Positions 19,482 through 29,334 of a DNA stretch of 64,000 nucleotides are shown in pieces. Origin of the DNA: a virus. Taxonomy: Duplodnaviria; Heunggongvirae; Uroviricota; Caudoviricetes. Position 1 is the first letter of the stretch, and each line of letters begins with the position of its first letter. Under the pieces are notes generated by a model, which saw only the letters and a list, made by a program, of their open reading frames with translations, was not told the DNA's origin and did not search any database. The translations under genes and the position numbers were made by a program. The DNA lies in the IMG/VR virus record IMGVR_UViG_3300049203_000077, positions 1-64,000 of that record. One strand, 5' to 3'.

Positions 19482-19931
19482 CTACAACTGGAAAAAGTCA
19501 TATACACTATATTGCGACTCATCTACTGTTTGGCCTCCATCTATAGAATAGAATCTGGTCTTACGAGGCAACAATATATATTTATCATACAAACTATTTC
19601 CGGGAGGTATATCAATATCCCATAAATAGGTGACAGTTTGCCACTGCCAGGTATTAAACCCTACTTTTACATACCATTCAGCATTAACGCTCATTCGAGA
19701 CCTCCAAGTATGGTTGGGATCTGATTCAGTGAGAGATGTTCTCACTATTACATTATAATCATCTACAATTGTAATAGTGGCCCAATAGACTTCCGGTGTA
19801 AATAATTTTTTTTCCAGCGGTCTGTCCCATGGTGCATGAGAAACAAAATTCTTTGTTTTAATGTCCCATGGATTGGCAAACATTGTAAATGTGCTCATTA
19901 AGATTGTGAGCAACAGCAGGCATTTCTTCAT
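19482..19931 (-). CDS. secreted protein
   Basis: 149 aa; N-terminal signal peptide MKKCLLLLTILMSTFTMFA. Confidence 0.4.
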   Translation of the reverse strand: MKKCLLLLTILMSTFTMFANPWDIKTKNFVSHAPWDRPLEKKLFTPEVYWATITIVDDYNVIVRTSLTESDPNHTWRSRMSVNAEWYVKVGFNTWQWQTVTYLWDIDIPPGNSLYDKYILLPRKTRFYSIDGGQTVDESQYSVYDFFQL

Positions 19932-20176
19932 AATTTAGTTAGTTTTAGGTGTTTCTGTTTCGACCCTCAGTTAGGTCAATAAATAATACCATAGCGCCTC
20001 CACTAATAGTTCCAGAGAGCGTGACCTTTACTGAATGACCGTGAGGTGGACTATCACGTTGCCATTTTCACTATGGTACTATTTATCTTTTCATCAGGTA
20101 GAACAACAGTCCTACGACAGAGGAATCTATAGAAATAGATTCCGTTACGTTACCCTCTAAAATGCCCCGTAGTATG

Positions 20177-20419
20177 TCAATTCGAGAAATGGGGCAGAAA
20201 AGAAGACTCTTCAAAATTATAAGTTGGTTGGATTTTACAAGATAGTACTATATCCTCTTTAATCTCCTCAGATTTAAGAGTCAGATTTGTGTAATTAATG
20301 AACTTGTTAGTTCCTTTCTCAATATCTTCCTTAGTAAGTTTAATTTGTTCCTTTTCTTGCGAAATCCTCATGAGAGCCTCTCTTAAAATAGTGATTTTTT
20401 CGCTTTTCCTGTCTAGCAT
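20177..20419 (-). CDS. hypothetical protein
   Basis: 80-aa ORF. Confidence 0.3.
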   Translation of the reverse strand: MLDRKSEKITILREALMRISQEKEQIKLTKEDIEKGTNKFINYTNLTLKSEEIKEDIVLSCKIQPTYNFEESSFLPHFSN

Positions 20420-20947
20420 TGGTATAGTGATTTAAATAGATAGGTCAAAAATGTTTCCTTCCACATTCTGTTAGTAGGGAATGGGCAGTCCATCTCCTAA
20501 ACTATTATTCTCTACTAACAGCTCACCCTTAGGAACTAATTAATACTGGTGCCTATTTCTCTCCAGCTACTCCTCCGCCTTTGTGAGGTTATCTTTATTA
20601 ATTAGGTAGTTTCACATCTTATTAAATCGTAGATTACACTCCGCTGGTGATACACTAGTTTAATAAGAAGTCTTTATATCTACGTGAGAATGATGTATTA
20701 AAACTAGGAGAGAATAGACATTCTCTCCGCAAGTACCCTGATATGGTCGGGAAAGTCCCAGACCGTTTGCAACCGGATATTTAATAACCCGAAAAGACAT
20801 GATGACAATACACTGTACCCCTCACTGGAGTTTGCAATACAGTGAAAGAACGAAATATATTATCACCAATAACTTTAGGCAAATAAAATGAAGTTGAGGT
20901 GTAGAAACACCCCAACTCTAACGATTGCTTGCCATATGAAAAAAGCC

Positions 20948-21334
20948 TTAGTTACCACGTTTCTCAACGTAAATAACAACCATATTTATTTTCTGGTAAT
21001 CAATAAAAGCAGTATCACCAGGACGATAGTCTCTGGTTACAACTCTTCTGATAGTATCGGAGGATAATTTTCCATTGGGGAGAACTTGTCTTCCTCCAAT
21101 TACGTATATATCCTGGTCATGGACTCTTTGATAAGTACCATCCGAACGTACTAGCCATGAACTATCCTTGGAAGGTGACAGTTCACGAACTACCTGATCC
21201 TTTTTAACTTCTACCTGTAATTCACTGGTTCTAGTCTTACAGGATAGAATGAATAGAGTGATTACATAAAGCAATTTCACCTTCATAGATAGTAATTTAA
21301 TAGTTAATAGTGTTTTTTGGATAGAGATTAACAC
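20948..21334 (-). CDS. lipoprotein
   Basis: 128 aa; signal peptide with lipobox ILSC. Confidence 0.4.
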   Translation of the reverse strand: MLISIQKTLLTIKLLSMKVKLLYVITLFILSCKTRTSELQVEVKKDQVVRELSPSKDSSWLVRSDGTYQRVHDQDIYVIGGRQVLPNGKLSSDTIRRVVTRDYRPGDTAFIDYQKINMVVIYVEKRGN

Positions 21335-21340
21335 AGGGCT

Positions 21341-21634
21341 CTAATAGTAGAGAGCAATGTAAGGCGTGCCATCAGTCTTCACCCTTGCATTCATAGCCTG
21401 AATACCGAGATCAACCAGGTCAGAAATTACTACAGCGTTCACCATTTGTAACTGATTAATGCATAGGTGGCCATCCATGTCAGTGTATTTGACATGATAG
21501 CTTTCAAGATGTTCAATGATTTCCTGCTTTCTTGACTTAATGGCCTCCTGCGTAATTTCGGTGGTCATTTCTGAAATGGCACGTTTGGTATACTTACGTT
21601 TACCTGTCTTTTTGTTTGGAATACCTTTAGGCAT
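21341..21634 (-). CDS. hypothetical basic protein
   Basis: 97-aa ORF with a K/R-rich N-terminus. Confidence 0.35.
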   Translation of the reverse strand: MPKGIPNKKTGKRKYTKRAISEMTTEITQEAIKSRKQEIIEHLESYHVKYTDMDGHLCINQLQMVNAVVISDLVDLGIQAMNARVKTDGTPYIALYY

Positions 21635-21660
21635 AGAGATGTATATTGTTTGGTGAATAA

Positions 21661-21843
21661 TTATGCTTCAATAATAATTCTCCCATCAGTGCTGGCACAT
21701 ATAGTTTTAATACCAACATAGAGGAGATCAGTAATAATGTTAAAACTTAATGAGTTAGTAATTAGTACAATAGATTTACTACCCTCCTCATGTAATTCAA
21801 CATTAACACCGTGCTTTGTTAATACATCAAATATTTCATCCAT
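21661..21843 (-). CDS. hypothetical protein
   Basis: 60-aa ORF. Confidence 0.25.
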   Translation of the reverse strand: MDEIFDVLTKHGVNVELHEEGSKSIVLITNSLSFNIITDLLYVGIKTICASTDGRIIIEA

Positions 21844-21997
21844 GGACGGTTAATTTAAATGTGATAAAAAGAGGGAGATACAAGCTCGACGGCTTTTTTT
21901 GATATTGTGGTTTCAAAGATGCAGTCAGATGTATCATCCCTCAGAGATTTAGCCTTAAAGACCTCTCATCCAATATCCTCTTAGCTAAATCTATATT

Positions 21998-22396
21998 TTA
22001 CATAGTAAAATCCATATTTTCACGCCCGATTAAATCAGGAGCTGATTCACTGTTTTGTTGATTGGTTTCGAAGGGTATAACTTTACCTTCCAAAGAAAGG
22101 GGAGCTTCACACCATATTTGGGCAATCTCCTGATCAGTCGGGGTAGGTATAGATATGATATCACTGAGAAACACAAATCTACTACCTGCCCCTTCCTCTT
22201 CAATCATATGGATAATATCCTTGGGAGAATACTTTCCACAATTACCAATGACCTGAACAACCTCATTTCCGTAAGTATTGATTGTCAGTTTGAACACTTC
22301 GGTAATCTCATCTTTTTCGTTAAGAATACAATAGAAACCTTCGCCTTTTTGAGCAATAAGATTGCTTATAAATAATGATGTATTCATAAATGCCAT
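21998..22396 (-). CDS. hypothetical protein
   Basis: 132-aa ORF. Confidence 0.35.
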   Translation of the reverse strand: MAFMNTSLFISNLIAQKGEGFYCILNEKDEITEVFKLTINTYGNEVVQVIGNCGKYSPKDIIHMIEEEGAGSRFVFLSDIISIPTPTDQEIAQIWCEAPLSLEGKVIPFETNQQNSESAPDLIGRENMDFTM

Positions 22397-22425
22397 AGTA
22401 TTTAAGGTCTTAATAATATTGTTTA

Positions 22426-22626
22426 CTAATACTCGAGGATTATCTCCTGGTCTCCATCATTATTAATGGAAGTAAATGTAGTGACGCCAGCTCTTATTAA
22501 CTTCATAAGAGGATCACTATGAATTGTGTCAGTTTGTAGGAGAAATGCTCTGTTAGCATCATCAGGAGCAGGAAATGCTGTAATACCATTATCCCTTAAT
22601 ATTTCAGCAATTTTTTCTTTTTTCAT
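22426..22626 (-). CDS. hypothetical protein
   Basis: 66-aa ORF. Confidence 0.3.
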   Translation of the reverse strand: MKKEKIAEILRDNGITAFPAPDDANRAFLLQTDTIHSDPLMKLIRAGVTTFTSINNDGDQEIILEY

Positions 22627-22696
22627 AATAGGTTGATTTAGAGGGTAATAGTCATACCCTCACATACTTCTATGATATTGGGTATAACTAAAGTAT

Positions 22697-22933
22697 TTAA
22701 ATAACTCTGCGTGTAATGTGTTGATAATCATTAGGATTTACTTTCACCATGACATCTCCACAACACACAATATAGTGTGTACCTGCAAATACTTCCTTGA
22801 AATTTGTTGCCTGTATTAGATTATTAAGCTTGGCAAACTTAATACCTTCATAATATCCAAATGATGCCACCTGTGTATCAGTATCAACATCATGTGTAAT
22901 CTCTTTGGGTTCGATAGTTGTATCTACTAGCAT
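22697..22933 (-). CDS. hypothetical protein
   Basis: 78-aa ORF. Confidence 0.3.
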   Translation of the reverse strand: MLVDTTIEPKEITHDVDTDTQVASFGYYEGIKFAKLNNLIQATNFKEVFAGTHYIVCCGDVMVKVNPNDYQHITRRVI

Positions 22934-22980
22934 AGTAATTTAGTCTGTATCGTAGACAATACGCTTTAGTTAATAATATA

Positions 22981-23199
22981 TTACAAGTCCTCGCCCATTA
23001 ACTCTTCATAGGCAAATGACTTAATTTCTACTAATTTATTATCTAATTCCTCATTAGATATAGTCTCACCATTACGTATTCTTGTAAGGAGTTCCTCACA
23101 AATATCTATTATACTGTTCATAAATATAATTTTTGTCCACTCTGCATTTATTAGGACTTGTGACCTATATTGTAAGTAAAATATGTGGTTGCTGCCCAT
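22981..23199 (-). CDS. hypothetical protein
   Basis: 72-aa ORF. Confidence 0.3.
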   Translation of the reverse strand: MGSNHIFYLQYRSQVLINAEWTKIIFMNSIIDICEELLTRIRNGETISNEELDNKLVEIKSFAYEELMGEDL

Positions 23200-23697
23200 C
23201 CAGCTCCTTCCACATATTTACTATGCAATAGTTGCATTAAACAAAACACTCATTACTAGAGTGTTTAATGATTTATTATTTGTGCCCAAATCCAATCATT
23301 CCTCTTGTACCATAACATCCTGATTTGGGACCAGCGCATGAAATAGCACAAATAGCAATAGTAACACACATAATAACTGCGATAATTTTCTTGTTCATAA
23401 AGAATACGATTTATTTGTTTAGATATTTACCAACAATGTATATGATGGCAAAGATGATGAGAAAAATACTAAGTACTAGCATAAGTTATTGAGTATTAAT
23501 GGATTAAAGAGATGATATGCCTCAATAGCTGTAGAAACAGACTCCTTTTGCATATCATCATCTTGAATGTATCTCCCGATTAATAAAATAAGGACTGAGA
23601 TGAACAATTCAGGATGCTATACTGCCAGCATTCAATGCGAGCTGATGTTAGTTTTATTCCCCTAAAATGTTATCCATAAACCGTCCAAGTTTATATT

Positions 23698-23955
23698 TTA
23701 ATCTTCTAATAATACAACTTGCATTGTATTAGAAGATGTATCATCAATTTGGTGTGTAGCAAGATTTAACCACACTGTATCGTTTGGATGATATATTTCT
23801 TTCTTCCTGTCATCAAGCGTACAATACGTAACTGTGCCATTTTCAAGCACTTTAGCCCTTACGTTTTTAATGAGACCAAATCCTTGATTGTAAACCTCAT
23901 CATTACAGGCTACTAATGAAATGAGCGCTATAAAAATAAAGAATAACTTCTTCAT
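23698..23955 (-). CDS. small lipoprotein
   Basis: 85 aa; signal peptide with lipobox LVAC. Confidence 0.35.
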   Translation of the reverse strand: MKKLFFIFIALISLVACNDEVYNQGFGLIKNVRAKVLENGTVTYCTLDDRKKEIYHPNDTVWLNLATHQIDDTSSNTMQVVLLED

Positions 23956-24239
23956 AGTAAATAATTTATTAGGAATGATGACTTAAATACTCTAATTATG
24001 AACAAATTCAATTTTACTGATATCATTAATGCTATATAAGAGCTCGGAATCAATAATAATAGTGTTTGCCTCATTATTAATTTCAAACTTTCCAGCAGGA
24101 ATAATTGTTTCTGTAATAAGTGTTATGTATATCTTAGTCATAAATGCTGTATTTAGGGAGAGCTAAATTAATAGCTCTCGGAATGAGAATATTTATATTC
24201 AAGACTATCTAAATATCCTTTTATTGGTTCCATAAGTAA

Positions 24240-24431
24240 TTATTTACAAAATGAGGATAATATTAGACTCCCTGATTTGGGCCATATATCAAAAGAATAC
24301 CAATTCTCTATAATACCTAATCTTTTATTTAATTGCCTTCTACTATAAATGACTTTATGTAATACAGAACCAATATTCTCTCCATATATAGAGATTAATT
24401 GTTTTCTGGATTTGTAACAAATATGTTTCAT
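24240..24431 (-). CDS. hypothetical protein
   Basis: 63-aa ORF. Confidence 0.25.
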   Translation of the reverse strand: MKHICYKSRKQLISIYGENIGSVLHKVIYSRRQLNKRLGIIENWYSFDIWPKSGSLILSSFCK

Positions 24432-24909
24432 AAATGCAATAGAATAATAGTTAATAATATTGTTTTGGACGATTTGTTTTGTACTTAATTAATGCGTGTG
24501 TTGTACCCAGCATTAACACCTCCACACCTACAACAACTTCACAATCAATCAGTTATGAACGATTGGAATAGCCAATAACAAATAAAATGGAGCAGAAATT
24601 GCTCTCTGCTCCTTAAATAAACCCAGTAAACCTTAGCCTTAACCAGTAAATTTCCACCTAAATATGCTCAAGAAAACATTGGTAATCTCATGTGAATACT
24701 AACGGTGAATGTTCAAATAAATTTTTTTCTCCCTAAGGAACAATTCCCGTCCAGCTTGAGTTTCAGCGAAATTCTTCGCATAACCATGCTCTAAATCTGT
24801 GGCTATTTCATGGAAATTACAGACCAGATAGTTGTTAGTGTGCATTTCTGCTCCTCGTACGATACGTTTACTGGTCTGTAACTATCCAATATTAACAAAA
24901 AGAAAGGCT

Positions 24910-25263
24910 TTACGCCTCTCTTTTCACTTTAGTGTTCTTATCAACTGTACTCTTCACATGCAACCATTTGAGCCATATAGTCTCTTGTTTAGAATTGCCT
25001 GCCTCATCTTCAGTATCAATGACATAGCTACGTTCTTTAATCTCGAAGTTATTTAATTCTTCTTCAAACTCAGTGCCAACTGGTACTTCCTGAGGCATTC
25101 CTCCGATGTAATATGTCCTCTTAATGCTTTTAATCATTCCAAAGGCTTTCACCTCTTCAATGTTCTCAAGCTTAAATACAAATCCTCCTTCTTTATTAGG
25201 ATTGCATGTGACAACTGTGAATTTTACTTTCATAAAAACAAATTTAGGTGGTGGTACGGGCAC
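24910..25263 (-). CDS. hypothetical protein (first gene of the minus-strand block)
   Basis: 117-aa ORF. Confidence 0.35.
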   Translation of the reverse strand: MPVPPPKFVFMKVKFTVVTCNPNKEGGFVFKLENIEEVKAFGMIKSIKRTYYIGGMPQEVPVGTEFEEELNNFEIKERSYVIDTEDEAGNSKQETIWLKWLHVKSTVDKNTKVKREA

Positions 25264-25366
25264 TATCGCCGCGCTAGATTTAAGGAGGGGAGGTGTTGTT
25301 ACTGGGTACCCATACTAACACACTGAATAATAATTAGTTATAGGGTAGGGGGCATCAAATAATAAA

Positions 25367-25398
25367 TTTGGCAATGTGGGGGCTATTTCGTATTTTTG
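25367..25398 (+). promoter_or_regulatory. Bacteroidetes-type promoter at the strand switch
   Basis: TTTG at 25367..25370, a 20-nt spacer, then TATTTTTG at 25391..25398. Confidence 0.5.
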
Positions 25399-25403
25399 TG
25401 TAT

Positions 25404-25721
25404 ATGTATAGAACACCAACAAAAAAAGAGCTTTATATAGGAATGCCCATTGAGTTTCGGGTGCATGGAGAATATGATATGGAGGTATGTACATTTTCTA
25501 AGGAGTCTTATGAGAGTTATTTATTTAATGATGAATATACTGGTTGGAAGTGGGAAGAAAGACTATTAGATGAAGAGTGGTTTTCCTATTTTAAGGAATG
25601 GGATGGAGATGATGAGAGCGTTCTTCGGGGTAAGTGGAGAGGTCTTCCTACATTGGGATTTATAAGAGTGAAACAAACACCTAAAACTATAAATAATGAA
25701 ACGTCCGAAACAACAGTGTGA
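25404..25721 (+). CDS. hypothetical protein
   Basis: The track ORF begins at a TTG at 25368 that lies inside the promoter; the first ATG after the -7 element is 25404 (MYRTPTKKELY...). Confidence 0.4.
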   Translation: MYRTPTKKELYIGMPIEFRVHGEYDMEVCTFSKESYESYLFNDEYTGWKWEERLLDEEWFSYFKEWDGDDESVLRGKWRGLPTLGFIRVKQTPKTINNETSETTV

Positions 25722-25825
25722 TTTGAAGATTAAGAAGATCGCTCCTCACACGTATTATATTAATGGGGCAGGATATAGAACAATGAGAGATATTCTAGCC
25801 TTTAACAAAGCAATAAACAAAGCAA

Positions 25826-26092
25826 ATGATAAAAATAGATTTACGCCCAGATGTAATTGATTTTATTAGTAGCACAGGGCATGTTTCTCGTCCAAAAGGG
25901 GTGACACACATGTGCGCCAATCCCTACTGGTACAAGTATATAGGAGGAAACGAATGGCAAGTGCTCTCAGTAGATGATATTCCTTCAGATATAAGAGCAG
26001 AGTATATTAAGTTCCTAGAGGATTTTCTAAAACAGTTAAAAGACGGATTTCATGAACCAGCAGCAACAATCATCATCAACGGAAATAATTAA
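25826..26092 (+). CDS. hypothetical protein
   Basis: 88-aa ORF. Confidence 0.3.
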   Translation: MIKIDLRPDVIDFISSTGHVSRPKGVTHMCANPYWYKYIGGNEWQVLSVDDIPSDIRAEYIKFLEDFLKQLKDGFHEPAATIIINGNN

Positions 26093-26606
26093 ACATCCCC
26101 TAGTGGAAATGTGGGGAACAAAAGAGAGCCTAGAAGAATATGAGAAGTTCTGTAAAGAACTAATGGATAAGTGGGAAAATGAGTTTTGGTGGCCCAACAG
26201 AGAAGAACTCTGGAATAAGATGGTGGAGGAAGATCGGAAAAAGAGAGAAGTGCTCGATGTGGAGAAGCGAGAGTATGATCTGATTCCCTGCACATGCGGC
26301 TGTCATAACGATCCTAATGTAATGCATATTATAGCTTGTTGTGATAATGGCTATCGAAAAATCAGGAGAGCGCCAAAGAACGAGCTCAATGATTTCGTGG
26401 ACGGAGCAGTAGATGAGTGGAATAGAATATGGAAGGATACACCATTTAAAGCTGTGAAAAAAGAGGACGCGCCCAACCACACCTCTACTGACCCCCACCA
26501 GTGGATGACTGAGAAAGAAATATATGAGGAAAAATTTAGGGCAAACAGCCCACATTGTTCCTACTGTGATTATACACCTTGTAGGTGTTCAAAAGAAAAA
26601 GAATGA
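26052..26606 (+). CDS. Cys/His-rich putative zinc-binding protein
   Basis: 184 aa with CTCGCH...IACCDNG and HCSYCDYTPCRC clusters. Confidence 0.4.
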   Translation: MNQQQQSSSTEIIKHPLVEMWGTKESLEEYEKFCKELMDKWENEFWWPNREELWNKMVEEDRKKREVLDVEKREYDLIPCTCGCHNDPNVMHIIACCDNGYRKIRRAPKNELNDFVDGAVDEWNRIWKDTPFKAVKKEDAPNHTSTDPHQWMTEKEIYEEKFRANSPHCSYCDYTPCRCSKEKE

Positions 26607-26794
26607 AAGAAAAAGATAAATTAAGAGTGTATTTAGAGATGGATAGAGATAATGGACAAAGAATAGCTATTTACAGAAACCTTGAAATAGAGGAAGTATT
26701 AGAAAACCCAGAGATTATTAAGAAAGTAGTGGAAGAGTGTGCTGATAGTCTTAGATGGTACAATATAATAAATAAGATGAAAGATGGAAAATAA
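26585..26794 (+). CDS. hypothetical protein
   Basis: 69-aa ORF. Confidence 0.3.
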   Translation: MFKRKRMKEKDKLRVYLEMDRDNGQRIAIYRNLEIEEVLENPEIIKKVVEECADSLRWYNIINKMKDGK

Positions 26795-27191
26795 ATATCA
26801 CTATCCTACTAAAGAGGAAATAAGAGTAGGATGGGAGGGAGAAATTAATTGGAATTTAGGATATGAGAACACTTATGAACCCATCACTATTCTCTACCCA
26901 GATGAAGAAGCAAAAGATGGATGGAATTGTAATATAGATGATGTTCTTTCCTTAGCTATATGGGATGGATGTGCTGAAATACGTGCTCCTTTCTTATCAG
27001 GAGAGCAACTCTTAGCAGAAGGATGGACGTATAGGAAACTATTTGATTCTTATGAGAAAGGAAATTGGACTATTTCTATAGAAGAAGATCATCGTATAAA
27101 TCTTCGCTGTGGAGAGTTCTCAGGACTTTATTTCATATGTCCAGATATTAATACATTCAGAACAATATGTAAATTAGTAGGAATAAAATAA
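26784..27191 (+). CDS. hypothetical protein
   Basis: 135-aa ORF. Confidence 0.35.
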   Translation: MENKYHYPTKEEIRVGWEGEINWNLGYENTYEPITILYPDEEAKDGWNCNIDDVLSLAIWDGCAEIRAPFLSGEQLLAEGWTYRKLFDSYEKGNWTISIEEDHRINLRCGEFSGLYFICPDINTFRTICKLVGIK

Positions 27192-27982
27192 TGAATTACA
27201 CGATATACATACAGAGTTTAAATAATTTTCCAATAGCTGATTGGGCTGTCTCTGCTTATATGGGGTTTAAAGAGAAACAGGCTAATATAGTATTCTTTGA
27301 GGATATTAATGAAGTACCTGTAAGCACCACAAATATAGTAGTAGCTTTTATAGAGGATACAAACAAGTATTTCCAAAAACTAGGACTTCCTAAAAAGAAA
27401 GCTTTAAATGTTCCAGAAAAGTTGGAAGGATGGGCTAAGAGAAAAATAGCACGAGCTACAATGAAGGACTTAAGAGGAGACAAAGTGAGATTTCCCATCT
27501 TTGTAAAGCCTGATAGGTATGCTAAGGAGTTTGTAGCAGGAGTAGTGAAAGATAGGAAGTCTGTAGATTTCTATTTTAAGGATATTCCTGATGACACGCC
27601 AATTATGCTCTCACAAGTAATAGAATTCGAATCAGAGTGGAGAGTATATGTAATTAATGGAGAAATTAAGGGAATTAAGCACTATTTGGGTGATCTCTGG
27701 AGTATGCCTGAAAGAGGAGTGGTTCAAGATACTATTAAACACTATCAACAAATAGGAGCACCTGCCGCTTATGGAATAGATTTTGGTGTAGCTCTAAGAG
27801 AAACTATGGAAATAGGTATGGGTCATCCTAGAAGAAAAGAAACTCAACTTATTGAGATAAATGATGGATGGAGCTTAGGAAATTATGGGCTGAATGATGT
27901 CACTTATTCCACCTTATTAGCTACAAGGTGGAGGGAAATAATGAAAGATGTAAAACATGGAGCCTATATTCGGAAAAAATAA
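27191..27982 (+). CDS. ATP-grasp fold ligase
   Basis: FPIFVKPDRYAKEFVAGVV (central-domain Lys in VKP), ESEWRVYVINGEI (the E-x-R motif) and LIEINDGWSLG (the E-x-N metal ligands) in the correct order; 263 aa. Confidence 0.6.
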   Translation: MNYTIYIQSLNNFPIADWAVSAYMGFKEKQANIVFFEDINEVPVSTTNIVVAFIEDTNKYFQKLGLPKKKALNVPEKLEGWAKRKIARATMKDLRGDKVRFPIFVKPDRYAKEFVAGVVKDRKSVDFYFKDIPDDTPIMLSQVIEFESEWRVYVINGEIKGIKHYLGDLWSMPERGVVQDTIKHYQQIGAPAAYGIDFGVALRETMEIGMGHPRRKETQLIEINDGWSLGNYGLNDVTYSTLLATRWREIMKDVKHGAYIRKK

Positions 27983-28151
27983 GGACGTATACTATCCAGG
28001 AGACATAGTCTCAGATGATAGAGGAGTATATAGAATAGATACTTATGATTTTAAACGTCGGACTTGTATTCTTACTAATATTGTAACAGGACAAATCATC
28101 ACTCTTACAGAAGAATGTGTAAAAGATATGTTACACCCAGAAAGGAAGTAA
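27957..28151 (+). CDS. hypothetical protein
   Basis: 64-aa ORF. Confidence 0.3.
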   Translation: MEPIFGKNKDVYYPGDIVSDDRGVYRIDTYDFKRRTCILTNIVTGQIITLTEECVKDMLHPERK

Positions 28152-28170
28152 AAAATACTTCCTTTTTTCT

Positions 28171-28416
28171 TTGGTATTCTCCATAAATCAGTGTATATTT
28201 GTAAAAAACAAGATGAGCAACAAGAATCTATATCAATGGTTATTTCACTTTAACCCCTACAAGGAAATTTGGTTTGCCTTTAAAAGAGAAGACTATGTGA
28301 AGTTCTTCAATGGTGACACCGAAATTAAGACAGTAGGCTCAAAGAATATTAATACATTAATTGAGTTAGTAGAAAAAACAGATGGTGATGTTTCAAAATT
28401 ATTAAATTTAGAATAA
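28171..28416 (+). CDS. hypothetical protein
   Basis: 81-aa ORF; an alternative ATG lies at 28213. Confidence 0.3.
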   Translation: MVFSINQCIFVKNKMSNKNLYQWLFHFNPYKEIWFAFKREDYVKFFNGDTEIKTVGSKNINTLIELVEKTDGDVSKLLNLE

Positions 28417-28419
28417 ATA

Positions 28420-28803
28420 ATGGCAAAAGTACAGATGTTAGCTAGATGGTCAGAGTTGTCAGTGAAACAAAATAATATTGACCAAGGAGAACAAGAACTT
28501 AAAAGACTCTTAGGAAACGATAATGAACAAAGCCTATATAGGACAGAAATTGTTCATGAATATGGTCCAGTAGTGTTTGAAATGGATGATGTCCATCACT
28601 ATAACAGAGCTAAGGAAAAAGGACATACAACAATTCATTTTAAGAATGGAGACAGTTTAGTGCTTAAAATTCCATACATTGAATTCTTAGAAATAGATGT
28701 TCAATATTCAGGAAAAACTATTAATGACTTCATTCCTATAGACTATATAGACCCTGAGGATGAGGAAATTGATGAGGAAACAGATTCAGATTTAGAACTC
28801 TAA
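28420..28803 (+). CDS. hypothetical acidic protein
   Basis: 127-aa ORF with a D/E-rich C-terminus. Confidence 0.4.
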   Translation: MAKVQMLARWSELSVKQNNIDQGEQELKRLLGNDNEQSLYRTEIVHEYGPVVFEMDDVHHYNRAKEKGHTTIHFKNGDSLVLKIPYIEFLEIDVQYSGKTINDFIPIDYIDPEDEEIDEETDSDLEL

Positions 28804-28811
28804 AAGAAAAA

Positions 28812-28843
28812 TTTGGAAAATTGAAAAAGTTTTCCTACCTTTG
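28812..28843 (+). promoter_or_regulatory. Bacteroidetes-type promoter of the tRNA array
   Basis: TTTG at 28812..28815, a 20-nt spacer (GAAAATTGAAAAAGTTTTCC), then TACCTTTG at 28836..28843. Confidence 0.55.
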
Positions 28844-29029
28844 TGTTCAAATAAAGAATAAAAAAGATTTATGCAGTCAACAATCATTATAGTCGGTAGA
28901 GGAGCGGAGCGCACAATAAAATGCGGCTCAGGCGTTTCTATGTACTATGATGATATTTAATTTTCCTTTAGTTTGTCATAACATCGAAGCTCCTGAGCCT
29001 TAAAAAAGCTTGGGAGTTTTTGTTTTATA

Positions 29030-29100
29030 CACTCTCGAAGCTTTAAAGTGAAGCTATAGGCTTTTAACCTATAGAACACGGGGCAGTACCGTGCGGGAGT
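29030..29100 (+). tRNA. tRNA-Lys (anticodon TTT)
   Basis: Hand-folded cloverleaf: acceptor ACTCTCG/CGGGAGT, D stem GCTT/AAGC, anticodon stem ATAGG/CCTAT with loop CTTTTAA, T arm CACGG-GGCAGTA-CCGTG. Confidence 0.6.
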
Positions 29101-29106
29101 ACAATA

Positions 29107-29179
29107 AGGACACATAGTTTAATGGAAAAACATCACGCTACGAACGTGAAGAAGTAAAGGTTCGACCCCTTTTGTGTCC
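29107..29179 (+). tRNA. tRNA-Arg (anticodon ACG)
   Basis: Acceptor GGACACA/TGTGTCC, D stem GTTT/AAAC, anticodon loop CTACGAA, T arm AAAGG-TTCGACC-CCTTT. Confidence 0.65.
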
Positions 29180-29180
29180 T

Positions 29181-29252
29181 CAGAGCTATAGTTAAATGGA
29201 TATAACAGCATCCTTCTAAGTTGCTATTCTGTGTTCGATTCACAGTAGCTCT
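29181..29252 (+). tRNA. tRNA-Arg (anticodon TCT)
   Basis: Acceptor AGAGCTA/TAGCTCT, D stem GTTA/TAAC, anticodon loop CTTCTAA, T arm CTGTG-TTCGATT-CACAG. Confidence 0.65.
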
Positions 29253-29258
29253 ACAACT

Positions 29259-29329
29259 TGCGTTACAAGGATTTCGATAGTCTACCTGACTTCCAATCAG
29301 GGGGGCGGGGTTTGACTCCCCGGTAGCGC
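29259..29329 (+). tRNA. tRNA-Gly (anticodon TCC)
   Basis: Acceptor GCGTTAC/GTAGCGC with one G.U pair, anticodon stem CCTGA/TCAGG, loop CTTCCAA, T arm CGGGG-TTTGACT-CCCCG; the D arm is weak. Confidence 0.5.
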
Positions 29330-29334
29330 ACAAT

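Noticed and set aside
25368-25403. TTG-initiated start of ORF 25368..25721
   Set aside because: The TTG lies inside the -33/-7 promoter elements, so transcription would start downstream of it; the in-frame ATG at 25404 is preferred.
28857-29029. Possible additional tRNA in the roughly 170-nt leader between promoter 28812 and tRNA-Lys
   Set aside because: No T-arm or anticodon-arm pattern found. There is only an imperfect hairpin with a T-run near 28985..29025 (possible attenuator) and a 28-codon ORF, so it is left uncalled.
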